Source: Octopus sinensis
Taxonomy: Eukaryota
Assembly (NCBI RefSeq): GCF_006345805.1
Contig: NC_043006.1
Location: forward strand, 13,144,001 to 13,208,000
Length of the DNA: 64,000 nucleotides
Reading direction: 5' to 3'
A program made the translations under genes and the position numbers. The first letter of the stretch is position 1; the number at the start of each line of letters is the position of its first letter. This document shows positions 51,866 to 64,000 of the stretch, one piece after another. The notes beneath the pieces are model-generated. The model saw nothing but the letters and a program-made list of their open reading frames with translations, was not told the origin of the DNA and did not search any database.

Positions 51866-52516
51866 AACACAACAAAATACCATTAACATATCCGCCAACG
51901 CGCAGTGGAATGAGCCTACAGATGTGAGTAACACCTACAGAACTGAGTAACAGAATATAGAGCTCTTTACATATATTTCGGTAATCGTAATTGCTGATAT
52001 CTTGCAAACTGACTGAGAACACTTTATTGTTTATCGTCCTAGGACTAAAAAGTCCGTTCTTGATATCGTAAGCGGGTAACCGATTTGTATCATCTGGAAG
52101 ACTACTCATAACGAATAGCATCTTCACTTTGCTATGTCTCCGCTAAACCTTAAATGCCAGAACCTCTTGTTCGGTGAGAAGCGCCTTTGTTTAAAATGCG
52201 TTTACGACGTAGCATTTTGGTGATCAGCAAGTCCTAACAGCACTTGATTATTGCATCATCTCTAAGCCATCTGCAACCAGTCGATCAAACATGTGTACAG
52301 ACGATACCCAATGTAAGTGTAACTTATCATCAGATGAATACATACATTTGATTTCGAGAGAGGAGAGATCTGCTTTGTTTAAGGATATCGGGAACTTTTC
52401 TGGCCTCCAACAGCATCTATTTGAAGTACTAGGCGAGAAAAGCAGGATTCATAAATATAACGTATCTGTGTTATTCCATCTGTTCCAGCTGTTTTTGTTG
52501 TCTTGTACACCTACAT

Positions 52517-52820
52517 TTTATTTGTTCCTTCTCGAGTCACGCCTGGCACATTAGGGCCGGTTTCCCGGTTTCATTGGCGTACAGGTTTCCCACCTGGACG
52601 GGACGCCGGTCCGTCGCAGGTGAGCAGCAAGATGCAGGAGGAAAGAGTGAGAGAAAGTTGTGGCGAAGGAGTCAGCAGAAGTTCGCCATTACCTTCTGCC
52701 GGAGCCGTGTGAAGCTTAGGTGTTTCGCTCATAAACACACACATCGCTCGGTCTGAGATTCGAACTCGCGATCCCTCGACCGCGAGTCCACTGCTCTAAC
52801 CACTAGGCCATGTGCTTCCA
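52517..52820 (-). mobile_element. SINE (short M2 plus T1), 15-bp TSD
   Basis: cttgtacacctacat at 52502-52516 and 52821-52835. Confidence 0.85.
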
Positions 52821-53165
52821 CTTGTACACCTACATAGGAACAGGGTTCTCTTTACGCGTATTCTTTCGATTAACTTTAGTATGGAGGGTTCTTTTATGAT
52901 TATGTACGTCTTAACAGTGAGGCATCGATTATTTTCTTTGGGTGCTGCTAAACCGCTTCAGATCAAATATATATCTGTATGTATATATTTGCATGCATGT
53001 GGGTGTGTGCATATATGTCTGTATGTATGTTTGGTACATCGTTAAACAGACTAAAAAGAGCACAATACATGGGTATATATATTTTATTTTTTATCAGCAA
53101 CAATTACAGTGCTACTTGAATGGTCAAGAATTTGGTGCATTGCATTTATCAAACTCCGATGATAT

Positions 53166-53250
<85 letters not shown>

Positions 53251-53270
53251 TATATATATATATATTCTAG

Positions 53271-53320
53271 CAAAAACTGTCCGATGAACGGCAACGGAAA
53301 ACTCAGAGTAACAGGTTTTG
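53271..53320 (+). ncRNA. Type I hammerhead-like motif, variant core CCGAUGA (family G)
   Basis: CAAAAACTGT-CCGATGA-A-CG(GCAA)CG-GAAA-ACTCAGAGT-A-ACAGGTTTTG; stem I 10 bp with one mismatch. Confidence 0.6.
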
Positions 53321-53444
53321 TTAAATTTTCTGCTGCTTTAAATAAAGCATATCACTCTTCCACTGGTATTTGAGTACTCTTTTTTCCACCTTGTTTCACA
53401 TTTATGTGTTTACTCCGGTATATATATATATATTATATATATAT

Positions 53445-53505
<61 letters not shown>

Positions 53506-53516
53506 ATATATATATC

Positions 53517-53730
53517 ATGTGACCGCGTGTGTATCGTTGGCGATTTTTTTCCTCCGTCTTCCCTTCCTTGGACCTTTCCCTTTTCTATGTTTCTGATGAG
53601 AGCTCCGCTCGAAACGTTAAATCTTCCTTCCTTCTTTCTTTCCTTTCCCGAGCGTCCAATAACACTATACTTGTTCTATGTCCTCGCGTTGTTGTGTTTG
53701 TTTTCTCTTTGTTCATGTTTGGATTAACTA
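53517..53730 (+). mobile_element. (TA)n-flanked hammerhead-bearing element (family F)
   Basis: About 210 bp between (TA)n tracts; contains canonical motif. Confidence 0.6.
53589..53622 (+). ncRNA. Minimal type I hammerhead motif, family F
   Basis: GTTT-CTGATGA-GAGC(TCC)GCTC-GAAAC-GT-T-AAAT; AACGTT palindrome. Confidence 0.7.
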
Positions 53731-53975
53731 TATATATATATATATACATATACATATGATGGACTCTCTCGTCAAAGACGACCAATGAGCATTCAGCTTT
53801 TGCTGAAAGAGCTGAACAAATGATTTTCGTATAGTGGTCAAATGTTCGCGCCGCATAGTAATTCACTCTCTCGATCAAATCGACGTTGTCTAAGCAAGTA
53901 TACTGTGTACCACGCACCAGGTGGTATACATATACATGCGTGTGTGTGTGTGTGTACAGCATGACAGACAGAAAT

Positions 53976-54055
<80 letters not shown>

Positions 54056-55088
54056 ACAGATAGAATAAATAAATAAATAGACAGACAGCATACATTCATT
54101 CACACACATATATATATATGCGTGAATGCATGCATTTAGGTATGGATGAATGGATCGAATGATCGATGGATCAATTGATAGATCGATGAACGTACGCATG
54201 TGCAATGTGTGAGTAAGAAAGCATGGGTGTGTAGGCGTGTGTCTATGTATATATATATATATTACTGAAATCACACCTCACGCCGCTTGATATTGTTTTT
54301 TATAATACAGGAGATAAATCCGTCGACTGAATGTGTAAAATATTATCGCCAAGTAAGGACTAATTTTATTCCTATAAGCATTTGGGTAAAAGAGAACCGC
54401 AGCAATGATCGACTCCATTCATTTATGCGGTTTTATAGGTTTTTATTCCAGTGAAGTCAAAGAGGATGTTCTCTTTTTCTTTTAGTGGAATTCTATTTTG
54501 AAAAAAAAAAACCGGAAGTATAAAAAATACTTGGAAATCTATAAAATTCTTGTGAAAATAAATCTTCAAATAAAACGGTAAGCAGCGAAAACATTTATTA
54601 TATACAGCGTTTCTTATCTCTCGGAGACGGGAAACTATAATCAGTTACAAACTTCTGCCTGATGTCTTTTATCGTGGAGAGAAGGAGAAAGTGAGAGAGA
54701 AAGAATAGCAGAGAGGAAACAGTGGAGAGAGGGAGAGCGAGAGAGAGGGAGAGAGAGAGAGAGAGGGAAGGAGAGAGAGAGAGAGAGAGAGGTGGGGGAA
54801 AGGCTGATCGATTCTTAACAAACGTAACTCGGGTCTAACGAAATGGGTTTTCTCCACATCAGTTGGTATTTTCTTTGGAAATTCAACAATTCATTACCAA
54901 TGGAACTTGGATTAAAAGACAGCAAAGGAATCCAACGCCAAAAATCTACCACTATATACATGTGATTCTATGTTCTTAAACACACATACACACAGACACA
55001 AAAATATACATACATAACACACACACTCACGCACTGACACACACATGTACACACAGAGGCACGCAAAAATAGTTATGTTCCTAAAATA

Positions 55089-58000
55089 ATAATAATAAAA
55101 TAAATGCGCCCTTTTAAAGCCTAGCCAGGCTCATGGGCCCGGTTTCCCGGTTTCTATGGCGTATGTGTTCCCCAGCTGGACGGGACGCCAGTCCATCTCA
55201 GCGTTACTCATTTTTGCAAGTTGAGTGGATTGGAGCAACGTGAAGTGAAGTGTTTTGCTCAAGAACACAATGCGTCGCCCGGTCCAGGAATCGAAACCAC
55301 AATCTTACGATCATGATGCTGACACCCTAACCACTAAGCCACGCGCCTCCACTAGGCTCATGGGCCCGGTTTCCTGGTTTCTATGGCGTATGCGTTCCCC
55401 AGCTGGACGGGACGCCAGTCCATCTCAGCGTTACTCATTTTTGCCAGCTGAGTGGCCTGGAGCAACGTGAATGAAGTGTTTTGCTCAAGAACACAATGCG
55501 TCGCCCGGTCCAGGAATCGAAACCACAATCTTACGATCATGATGCTGACACCCTAACCACTAAGCCACGCGCCTCCACTAGGCTCATGGGCCCGGTTTCC
55601 TGGTTTCTATGGCGTATGTGTTCCCCAGCTGGACGGGACGCCAGTCCATCTCAGCGTTACTCATTTTTGCCAGCTGAGTGGCCTGGAGCAACGTGAAATG
55701 AAGTGTTGCTCAAGAACACAATGCGTCGCCCGGTCCAGGAATCGAAACCACAATCTTACGATCATGATGCTGACACCCTAACCACTAAGCCACGCGCCTC
55801 CACTAGGCTCATGGGCCCGGTTTCCTGGTTTCTATGGCGTATGTGTTCCCCAGCTGGACGGGACGCCAGTCCATCTCAGCGTTACTCATTTTTGCCCGCT
55901 GAGTGGACTGGAGCAACGTGAAATGAAGTGTTTTGCTCAAGAACACAATGCGTCGCCCGGTCCAGGAATCGAAACCACAATCTTACGATCATGATGCTGA
56001 CACCCTAACCACTAAGCCACGCGCCTCCACTAGGCTCATGGCCCGGTTTCCTGGTTTCTATGGCGTATGCGTTCCCCAGCTGGACGGGACGCCAGTCCAT
56101 CTCAGCGTTACTCATTTTTGCCAGCTGAGTGGCCTGGAGCAACGTGAAATGAAGTGTTTTGCTCAAGAACACAATGCGTCGCCCGGTCCAGGAATCGAAA
56201 CCACAATCTTACGATCATGATGCTGACACCCTAATCACTAAGCCACGCGCCTCCACTAGGCTCATGGGCCCGATTTCCCGGTTTCAATGGCCTATGTGTT
56301 CCCCAGCTGGACGGGACGCCAGTCCATCGCAGCGTTACTCATTTTTGCCCGCTGAGTGGACTGGAGCAACGTGAAATGAAGTGTTTTGCTCAAGAACACA
56401 ATGCGTCGCCCGGTCCAGGAATCGAAACCACAATCTTACGATCATGATGCTGACACCCTAACCACTAAGCCACGCGCCTCCACTAGGCTCATGGGCCCGA
56501 TTTCCCGGTTTCAATGGCCTATGTGTTCCCCAGCTGGACGGGACGCCAGTCCATCGCAGCGTTACTCATTTTTGCCCGCTGAGTGGACTGGAGCAACGTG
56601 AAATGAAGTGTTTTGCTCAAGAACACAATGCGTCGCCCGGTCCAGGAATCGAAACCACAATCTTACGATCATGATGCTGACACCCTAACCACTAAGCCAC
56701 GCGCCTCCACTAGGCTCATGGGCCCGATTTCCCGGTTTCAAGGCCTATGTGTTCCCCAGCTGGACGGGACGCCAGTCCATCGCAGCGTTACTCATTTTTG
56801 CCCGCTGAGTGGACTGGAGCAACGTGAAATGAAGTGTTTTCCTCAAGAACACAACGCATCGCCCGGTCCAGAATCGAAACCACAATCTTACGATCATGAT
56901 GCTGACACACCTAACCACTAAGCCACGCGCCTCCACTAGCTCATGGGCCCGTGTTTCCTGGTTTCTATGGCGTATGTGTTCCCCAGCTGGACGGGACGCC
57001 AGTCCATCTCAGCGTTACTCATTTTTGCCAGCTGAGTGGCCTGAGCAACGTGAAATGAAGTGTTTTGCTCAAGAACACAATGCGTCGCCCGGTCCAGGAA
57101 TCGAAACCACAATCTTACGATCATGATGCTGACACCCTAACCACTAAGCCACGCGCCTCCACTAGGCTCATGGCCCGGTTTCCCGGTTTCTATGGCGTAT
57201 GTGTTCCCCAGCTGGACGGGACGCCAGTCCATCGCAGCGTTACTCATTTTTGCCAGCTGAGTGGCCTGTAGCAACGTGAAATGAAGTGTTTGCTCAGAAC
57301 ACATGCGTCGCCCGGTCCAGGAATCGAAACCACAATCTTACGATCATGATGCTGACAACCCTAACCACTAAGCCACGCGCCTCCACTAGGCTCATGGGCC
57401 CGGTTTCCTGGTTTCTATGGCGTATGCGTTCCCCAGCTGGACGGGACGCCAGTCCATCGCAGCGTTACTCATTTTTGCCAGCTGAGTGGCCTGGAGCAAC
57501 GTGAATGAAGTGTTTTGCTCAAGAACACAATGCGTCGCCCGGTCCAGGAATCGAAACCACAATCTTAACGATCATGATGCTCACACCCTAACCCTAAGCC
57601 ACGCGCCTCCACTAGGCTCATGGGCCCGGTTTCCCGGTTTCATGGCCTATGTGTTCCCCAGCTGGACGGGACGCCAGTCCATCTCAGCGTTACTCATTTT
57701 TGCCAGCTGAGTGGACTGGAGCAACGTGAAATGAAGTGTTTTGCTCAAGAACACAATGCGTCGCCCGGTCCAGGAATCGAAACCACAATCTTACGATCAT
57801 GATGCTGACACCCTAACCACTAAGCCACGCGCCTCCACTAGGCTCATGGGCCCGGTTTCCTGGTTTCTATGGCGTATGCGTTCCCCAGCTGGACGGGACG
57901 CCAGTCCATCTCAGCGTTACTCATTTTTGCCAGCTGAGTGGCCTGGAGCAACGTGAAATGAAGTGTTTTGCTCAAGAACACAATGCGTCGCCCGGTCCAG

Positions 58001-58295
58001 GAATCGAAACCACAATCTTACGATCATGATGCTGACACCCTAACCACTAAGCCACGCGCCTCCACTAGGCTCATGGGCCCGGTTTCCTGGTTTCTATGGC
58101 GTATGCGTTCCCCAGCTGGACGGGACGCCAGTCCATCTCAGCGTTACTCATTTTTGCCAGCTGAGTGGCCTGGAGCAACGTGAAATGAAGTGTTTTGCTC
58201 AAGAACACAACGCGTCGCCCGGTCCAGGAATCGAAACCACAATCTTACGATCATGATGCTGACACCCTAACCACTGAACAACCGCACCTCCACTA
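55089..58295 (-). repeat. Head-to-tail array of 14 tRNA-derived SINE bodies (224-227 bp) with one tail and one TSD pair
   Basis: Units start at 55127, 55354, 55580, 55805, 56032, 56258, 56485, 56712, 56938, 57164, 57388, 57614, 57840, 58067; tatgttcctaaaata at 55074-55088 and 58296-58310. Confidence 0.95.
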
Positions 58296-58584
58296 TATGT
58301 TCCTAAAATAGACCGGCAAATTGATGAATCGGTATGGTTTGGAAATATAATCAGGGACTCGTCGAGTTCCATCGGCATTGCATTATATACGCGGTATGTA
58401 CAAGATACCCCTTAACATCATCTTCATTAGGCAAGGTAGAGGGATCCAAAATATACGAACTTTTCACTACAGTAAAAGGAAACGCTGTCAAACTGAATAT
58501 ATTACAAATTTGCGATTGTCATGAGAAATCGCGCATTTACCTGTTGGTATAGCTCAGGTGATGGTGGCGAGAAAAAGATATATT

Positions 58585-58678
58585 GTAGTAGTAGTAGTAT
58601 AGTAGTAGTATAGTAGTAGTAGTAGTAGTAGTGGTAGTAGTGGTAGCAGCAGCAGCAGTAGTAGTAACAGTAGTGGAG

Positions 58679-58727
<49 letters not shown>

Positions 58728-58740
58728 CAGCAGCAGTAGC

Positions 58741-58784
<44 letters not shown>

Positions 58785-58785
58785 C
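58585..58785. repeat. (TAG)n microsatellite
   Basis: Visible. Confidence 0.95.
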
Positions 58786-58789
58786 AAAA

Positions 58790-59010
58790 TTGTTAGCGCA
58801 TCGGACAAGATGACTATTGACTAGTGAAATTTCACTCGGTTCTTTATGCCTTTATGTTCTGAGTTCAAACTCAACCGACTTCAGTTATGACTTTCATCCC
58901 ACTCGGGACCCAATGAAATGAAGTAACAAGCATGTACTACGGTCCATTTAATTAACTAACAACCCGCTCCCGTGCACAGTTGCTGACCTCGTGCCCTAAA
59001 TTAGAAACAA
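58790..59010 (+). mobile_element. Degenerate SINE
   Basis: gttagcgcatcggacaag...ttctgagttcaaactc...cgtgccctaaattagaaa. Confidence 0.6.
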
Positions 59011-59541
59011 GTGCATAGGACTGATGGCGAATGAGTAGAGGCGAGCGAAGGCAGGCCGAAGGTGAAAAGTATCTAAAACTAACCTGGAACATAAAAACCT
59101 ACGTCGCTTGAGGAAGAAGGCTCGACACACCTAAGGTGAGATTTCAGTCTGAGATGGAGACCAGAGAACACACAGTAACATCCAGAGGGATTGACGAATT
59201 AGTTCTCAGAACGATCAAATCTACCACAGAATGGTCGAAGTACTCTTAGAAATATATATCTGCCGGCTAGCTGCAGCCGCTTTGCTATATCTGGGAATAC
59301 AAAGACTCTCGAATTGCAAGTCCACAGCGGTTGCTGTGAAGTTAGCGATTAGAATAGAATCACTAAGCTTGAATAAAGAAATAACAGTGGAGAAAAATAG
59401 ATTACAGTGTGAAATAGCGAATAGAATTTTAAAAGAGAATTAGGAAAGGCATCGCAGCCTACGTGTTAGTAACGAGAATGGCTCTCGATAATTTCTTCAA
59501 AGCGAAACACAAAGTTTACGTAAGCTCATATTGTAAATATT

Positions 59542-59627
<86 letters not shown>

Positions 59628-59665
59628 TATACACACACACACGCAGGGGTGAGGAATGCATATAT

Positions 59666-60644
59666 GTCGTGTCTGTGAATATATTCCTTCTTAGCCAGGA
59701 CTGGGCAGCCAGAGATAATATGATTTATTGTTTCTTGTCCATCTCCACATATTCTGCAGTTACTTGTTATGTTTATTTTCCTTATATGTTTTTGGTAATT
59801 TCTGGTGGGGTTGTTTTGGTCTTGTGCTGCAATTAAAAATCCTACTGTCTCTACTTTTAGTCCTGAGCTTTTCAGTCATTTCTGGGATTTTTCTCTGTCT
59901 ATTTCTTTTGCATTTAATTTAGCCCACTACTTATCATGAAGGCACTATTCTTGCCATCGTTTTATCATGGTCCGTTGCTGTCCTAGATTTAGTTTGGATT
60001 TCATTTGTTTCATAGCTTTTGTTGTTTCTTCTTCATATTTGTTACGTAGTATGATTTCTTGTTTGTATCTGTCAGCTTCCTTAAATACTGAGAACAGTTT
60101 TTTTTTTGTTTTGCTCGTGTTTTGTGGCTTTTTTTTTTGGTTTTCCTTGCTTCTGAAGTAGGTATTTTTGCAGTCCTATGGTGGTTATTTTATAATAGTT
60201 TTCCAGCTCTATAAGGCCTCTACCGCCTTCTATACATTGTATATATAGCCTTTCTATGTCAGGTTTTGGATGGTGCATCCTAGATCCTGTCATTATTTTC
60301 CTTGTTTTCCTATCTATTTTGGTTAGTTTATTTCGTGTCCAGTTAAGGATATTGTACCTGTAATTTATAACTGGGACTGCTAAAGTGTTAATAACTATTA
60401 TCTTGTTTTTAGCATTGAGCTCTGTTTCTAGTATTGATCTAACTCGTCTATAATATTCTTTCTTTATTTTCTCTTTCATTTGTGTGTGTCGTATCATATC
60501 TAGTCCATGGATTCCTACATATTTGTATGTCTGGCTTTGGTCTAATTCTCTTATTTCATTGGCTATATCTAGTGTGATGTTGCTACTCTTAGCTAGTTTT
60601 CCACTTTTCAGGGTTGCTTTGGCACATTTTTCTAATCCAAATTT
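59666..60644 (-). pseudogene. Internal fragment of a second R4/Dong-like LINE (end of RT to CCHC)
   Basis: KFGLEKCA, YKYVG, ELNAKNKIIVINTLAVPV, HHPKPDIERLY...GGRGL, SSGLKVETVGFLIAAQDQ, CRICGDGQETINHIISGC; frameshift near 60085. Confidence 0.9.
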
Positions 60645-60659
60645 ATTATTACCATTTTT

Positions 60660-60660
60660 A

Positions 60661-60713
<53 letters not shown>

Positions 60714-60801
60714 ATTATAATTATTATCATTATTATTATTATCATTATTATTATTATCATTATTATTATTATCATTATTATTATTATTGTTGTTATTGTT
60801 A

Positions 60802-60871
<70 letters not shown>

Positions 60872-60890
60872 CACCATCATCGTCATCGTC
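60660..60890. repeat. (ATT)n microsatellite abutting the Dong-like fragment
   Basis: Visible. Confidence 0.95.
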
Positions 60891-61599
60891 GGCGACAATA
60901 TCACGATCGTCATCATCTCCATCATCGTCGTTAATATTATCATTACCATTATCATTAAGTGGGTGTACGCTGTATGTGGATGCATGTAGTATGGAGAATA
61001 CTCTTTCTAATATAAAAAAAGAAATCCCTAATTCGTCTTGAGACAATGCAATCAGAGCCACTTTCTCTCTTGTAACAGCACTGGATTTTAAAGACTATAT
61101 CCCATTTATAATATTTCCTAGATCTCTATTAAAAACACCTCCTAACTGCTGCTTCTGCATTGTATTAGCGTGTTCTACTTAGACCTAAGCACATTAGCGA
61201 TTCTTCAAACCGATACTGGAAACTGCGATGAATACTCACAACACTATTCCATTTGCTTCTGTGTGCAGGCGAAGGGAATGTTTATGAAATCCCATTTTAA
61301 ATAGCTTTTGAAACCATTAATTTGTGCTTGTTCTCTGTGTGTGTGTTTTACGTTATGTATTCATTTTTTTATATGCTTGTTTTTGTTTTTTGTTATTTTG
61401 TTTTTGTTTTTTTTTATTTTTCGTTCTTTCTATAACATATCTAGAATTGGGAGAAATATAGATACTTTTCGCTGCAACCATTTCCTTTCTTTACACACAC
61501 ATATATAAACACATACATACATACATACAGATAGACAGACATACAGACAGACAGACAGAGAGACAGACAGACGTAAATATGTATACAAATGTATATATG

Positions 61600-61638
<39 letters not shown>

Positions 61639-61937
61639 ATATATATATATATATATATATGACGTTATGTCTTTCACACGTCTCGCGCAAAATTTGAATA
61701 GATCATATATATATATGTATTCGTACGTTTGTATATATATATATATATATACATATACGTGTACGTATCTTAATATGTGACTGAGTATGGTTGCATGGGT
61801 ATATGTATATGTGCATGTACGTATGCAATTATATATTTGAGTGCGTTTGTATGTATGTATGTATGTATGTATGTGTGTATGTATGTGTGTATGTATGTAT
61901 GTATGTATGTATGTATGTGTGTATGTATGTATGTATG

Positions 61938-61971
<34 letters not shown>

Positions 61972-62051
61972 CGCATTGAGGCTAATACAGTTTATGGGAT
62001 TATACTAAAAAATGAACACGTTTTATTCTACTCTGATATAAATATATAAAC

Positions 62052-62099
<48 letters not shown>

Positions 62100-62164
62100 G
62101 TGTATGTGTGTGCCTGTGTGTCTGTGACTGTCTATGTGTACAGTCAGTGAGAGACATACATATA

Positions 62165-62205
<41 letters not shown>

Positions 62206-62504
62206 TTCCTTATAATATTATATCATAATATATTATATTATTATATAGTATATTATAATAGATTTCATATGAATGTATACGTATACATATACGTGGTGAG
62301 TTTAATGCTCTGGATTTCCCTTGTGTCACAGAATTTATATCTGTATGCACATATAGACAAGCCCACGCACACATACACATATATACCCTAATATATATAG
62401 GGTGTGGTTTTGTGTGTGTATATTTAATGCTAATCTATAGATGCGCATGCACACACAAACATACACACAAGCACAGAAACAAGCCTGCACACACATATAA
62501 AGAC

Positions 62505-62565
<61 letters not shown>

Positions 62566-62604
62566 CAGACAGATAGGTAGGTAGTTAGGTAGGTAGGTAC
62601 CTAA

Positions 62605-62671
<67 letters not shown>

Positions 62672-62732
62672 TATAGATAGACAGACAGATAGGTAGGTAG
62701 GTAGGTAGGTAGGTAGGTAGGTAGGTAGCTAA

Positions 62733-62810
<78 letters not shown>

Positions 62811-62816
62811 TGACAG

Positions 62817-62877
<61 letters not shown>

Positions 62878-62878
62878 T
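62505..62878. repeat. (GATA)n/(GGTA)n/(GACA)n compound microsatellite
   Basis: Visible. Confidence 0.95.
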
Positions 62879-62927
62879 GCATTGTGTATGTGTGTTCTGT
62901 ACAGCATGCTGGTGAACTTTTAAATGT

Positions 62928-63225
62928 TTATTATTATTATTATTATCATTATTATTATTATTATTATTATTATCATTATTATTATTATATATTATTATTA
63001 TTATTATTATTATTATTATCATTATTATTATTATCCTTATTATCATTATTATTATTATTATCATTATTATTATTATTATTATTATCATTATTATTATTAT
63101 TATTATCATTATTATTATATTATATTATTATTATTATCTTATTATTATCATTATTATTATATCATTATTATTATTATTATCATTATTATTATTATTATTA
63201 TTATCATCATCATCATCATCATTTT
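62928..63225. repeat. (ATT)n/(ATC)n microsatellite
   Basis: Visible. Confidence 0.95.
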
Positions 63226-63654
63226 CATTAGATTCATGAGAATCCAGTAAAATTTTCAATACATTTAAGCTAATCGGTCAAGTATATACTCTTCACTAAA
63301 TTGAAATTTCCAATCTATGGTTTCTGTTCTCATACATCTGTCACTCTTCCTTAATTTCTTTCTGAATCACGAAAATTTATCGAGATATCTTTTAATTTAT
63401 ACTTCTACTAGTTGTATTTTTCGTATTTTATTATTATTATTTTATTCATTTATTTATTTATTTGTCTCTGAAACATACCGTTGATACACAGAGAGCTTTT
63501 AATTTTACACTAATGGTTTTTAAAATCACTGTAGAATCGCTGTGCTATAATATTGTTACACGAAATATATAGGAATTTATTATTGTTGTTGATGGTGATA
63601 GAAATGGTGGTGGTTGAAGCGTTTATGGTGGTGGCTTTTTCGTTGTGTTTAATA

Positions 63655-63865
63655 GAGCGGTGGATTAGCAGAAATAGTTAGAGTGCCAGACAAAATATTC
63701 CTGCAGTATAACTGTTCTTTACATTCTGAGTTCAAAGCCCGCCAAAGTTAGTTTGACCTTTTATCCCTCTCGGGTCGAGGAAATAAGGTACCACGTGAGT
63801 AGGGGTGACTGTATAATCGATTGAAAATCTCTCATCACAATTACTGGCCTTGTGCTAAAATTATA
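63655..63865 (+). mobile_element. Degenerate SINE
   Basis: tagcagaaatagttagagtgccagac...ttctgagttcaaa...ggccttgtgc. Confidence 0.65.
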
Positions 63866-63894
63866 AGAAATTATTATTTTATTAGTAATAAACG

Positions 63895-63975
63895 CAGGAG
63901 TGGCTGTGTGGTAAGAAGCTTGCTTCACAGCCACATCATTCCGGGTTCAGTCCCTTGCGTGGCTACTTGGGTCCC
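63895..63975 (+). mobile_element. Long-SINE head
   Basis: gcaggagtggctgtgtggtaagaagcttgc...ccgggttcagtccc. Confidence 0.8.
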
Positions 63976-64000
63976 AAAATAAACTCTCTCTCTTTTATAA

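Noticed and set aside
51864-52127. 87-aa protein-like ORF
   Set aside because: No recognisable motif, bounded by stops, runs into a SINE TSD
55127-58294. CRISPR array or repeated small-protein gene cluster (the 71-aa ORFs)
   Set aside because: No unique spacers; whole 227-bp units repeat and match dispersed SINEs; ORFs are broken by indels; no cas genes
59000-59525. Purine-rich stretch resembling a decayed RT ORF
   Set aside because: Too many stops and no motif I could match with confidence
60645-61061. 326-aa ORF as a real gene with poly-Asn and a GPCR-like ILERVFSILH start
   Set aside because: It is a chance read-through of unique DNA, a stop-free (AAT)n frame and a Dong-like LINE fragment

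Overview
AT-rich eukaryotic non-coding DNA, very dense in microsatellites and transposon remains. By inference it is from an octopus or other cephalopod, judging from the recognisable tRNA-derived SINE families and a mollusc-like 18S fragment. No intact host protein-coding gene is supportable; nearly all ORFs in the track are translated microsatellites. Contents: many tRNA-derived SINEs (monomers, dimers, one trimer, modular chimeras, and a 14-unit head-to-tail array inside one 15-bp TSD); two R4/Dong-like REL-endonuclease LINE fragments; RTE-like and CR1-like 3' fragments; decayed Tc1 and mariner copies; two Helitron-like non-autonomous elements; a MITE; an isolated 18S rRNA fragment. The most notable signal is a set of short elements, mostly embedded in (TA)n tracts, often with inverted-repeat structure. 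They carry about 10 type I hammerhead-ribozyme motifs from five unrelated families, as expected for Penelope-like element pseudo-LTRs. Two families have non-canonical catalytic cores. All structures were read by eye; no searches or folding were run.
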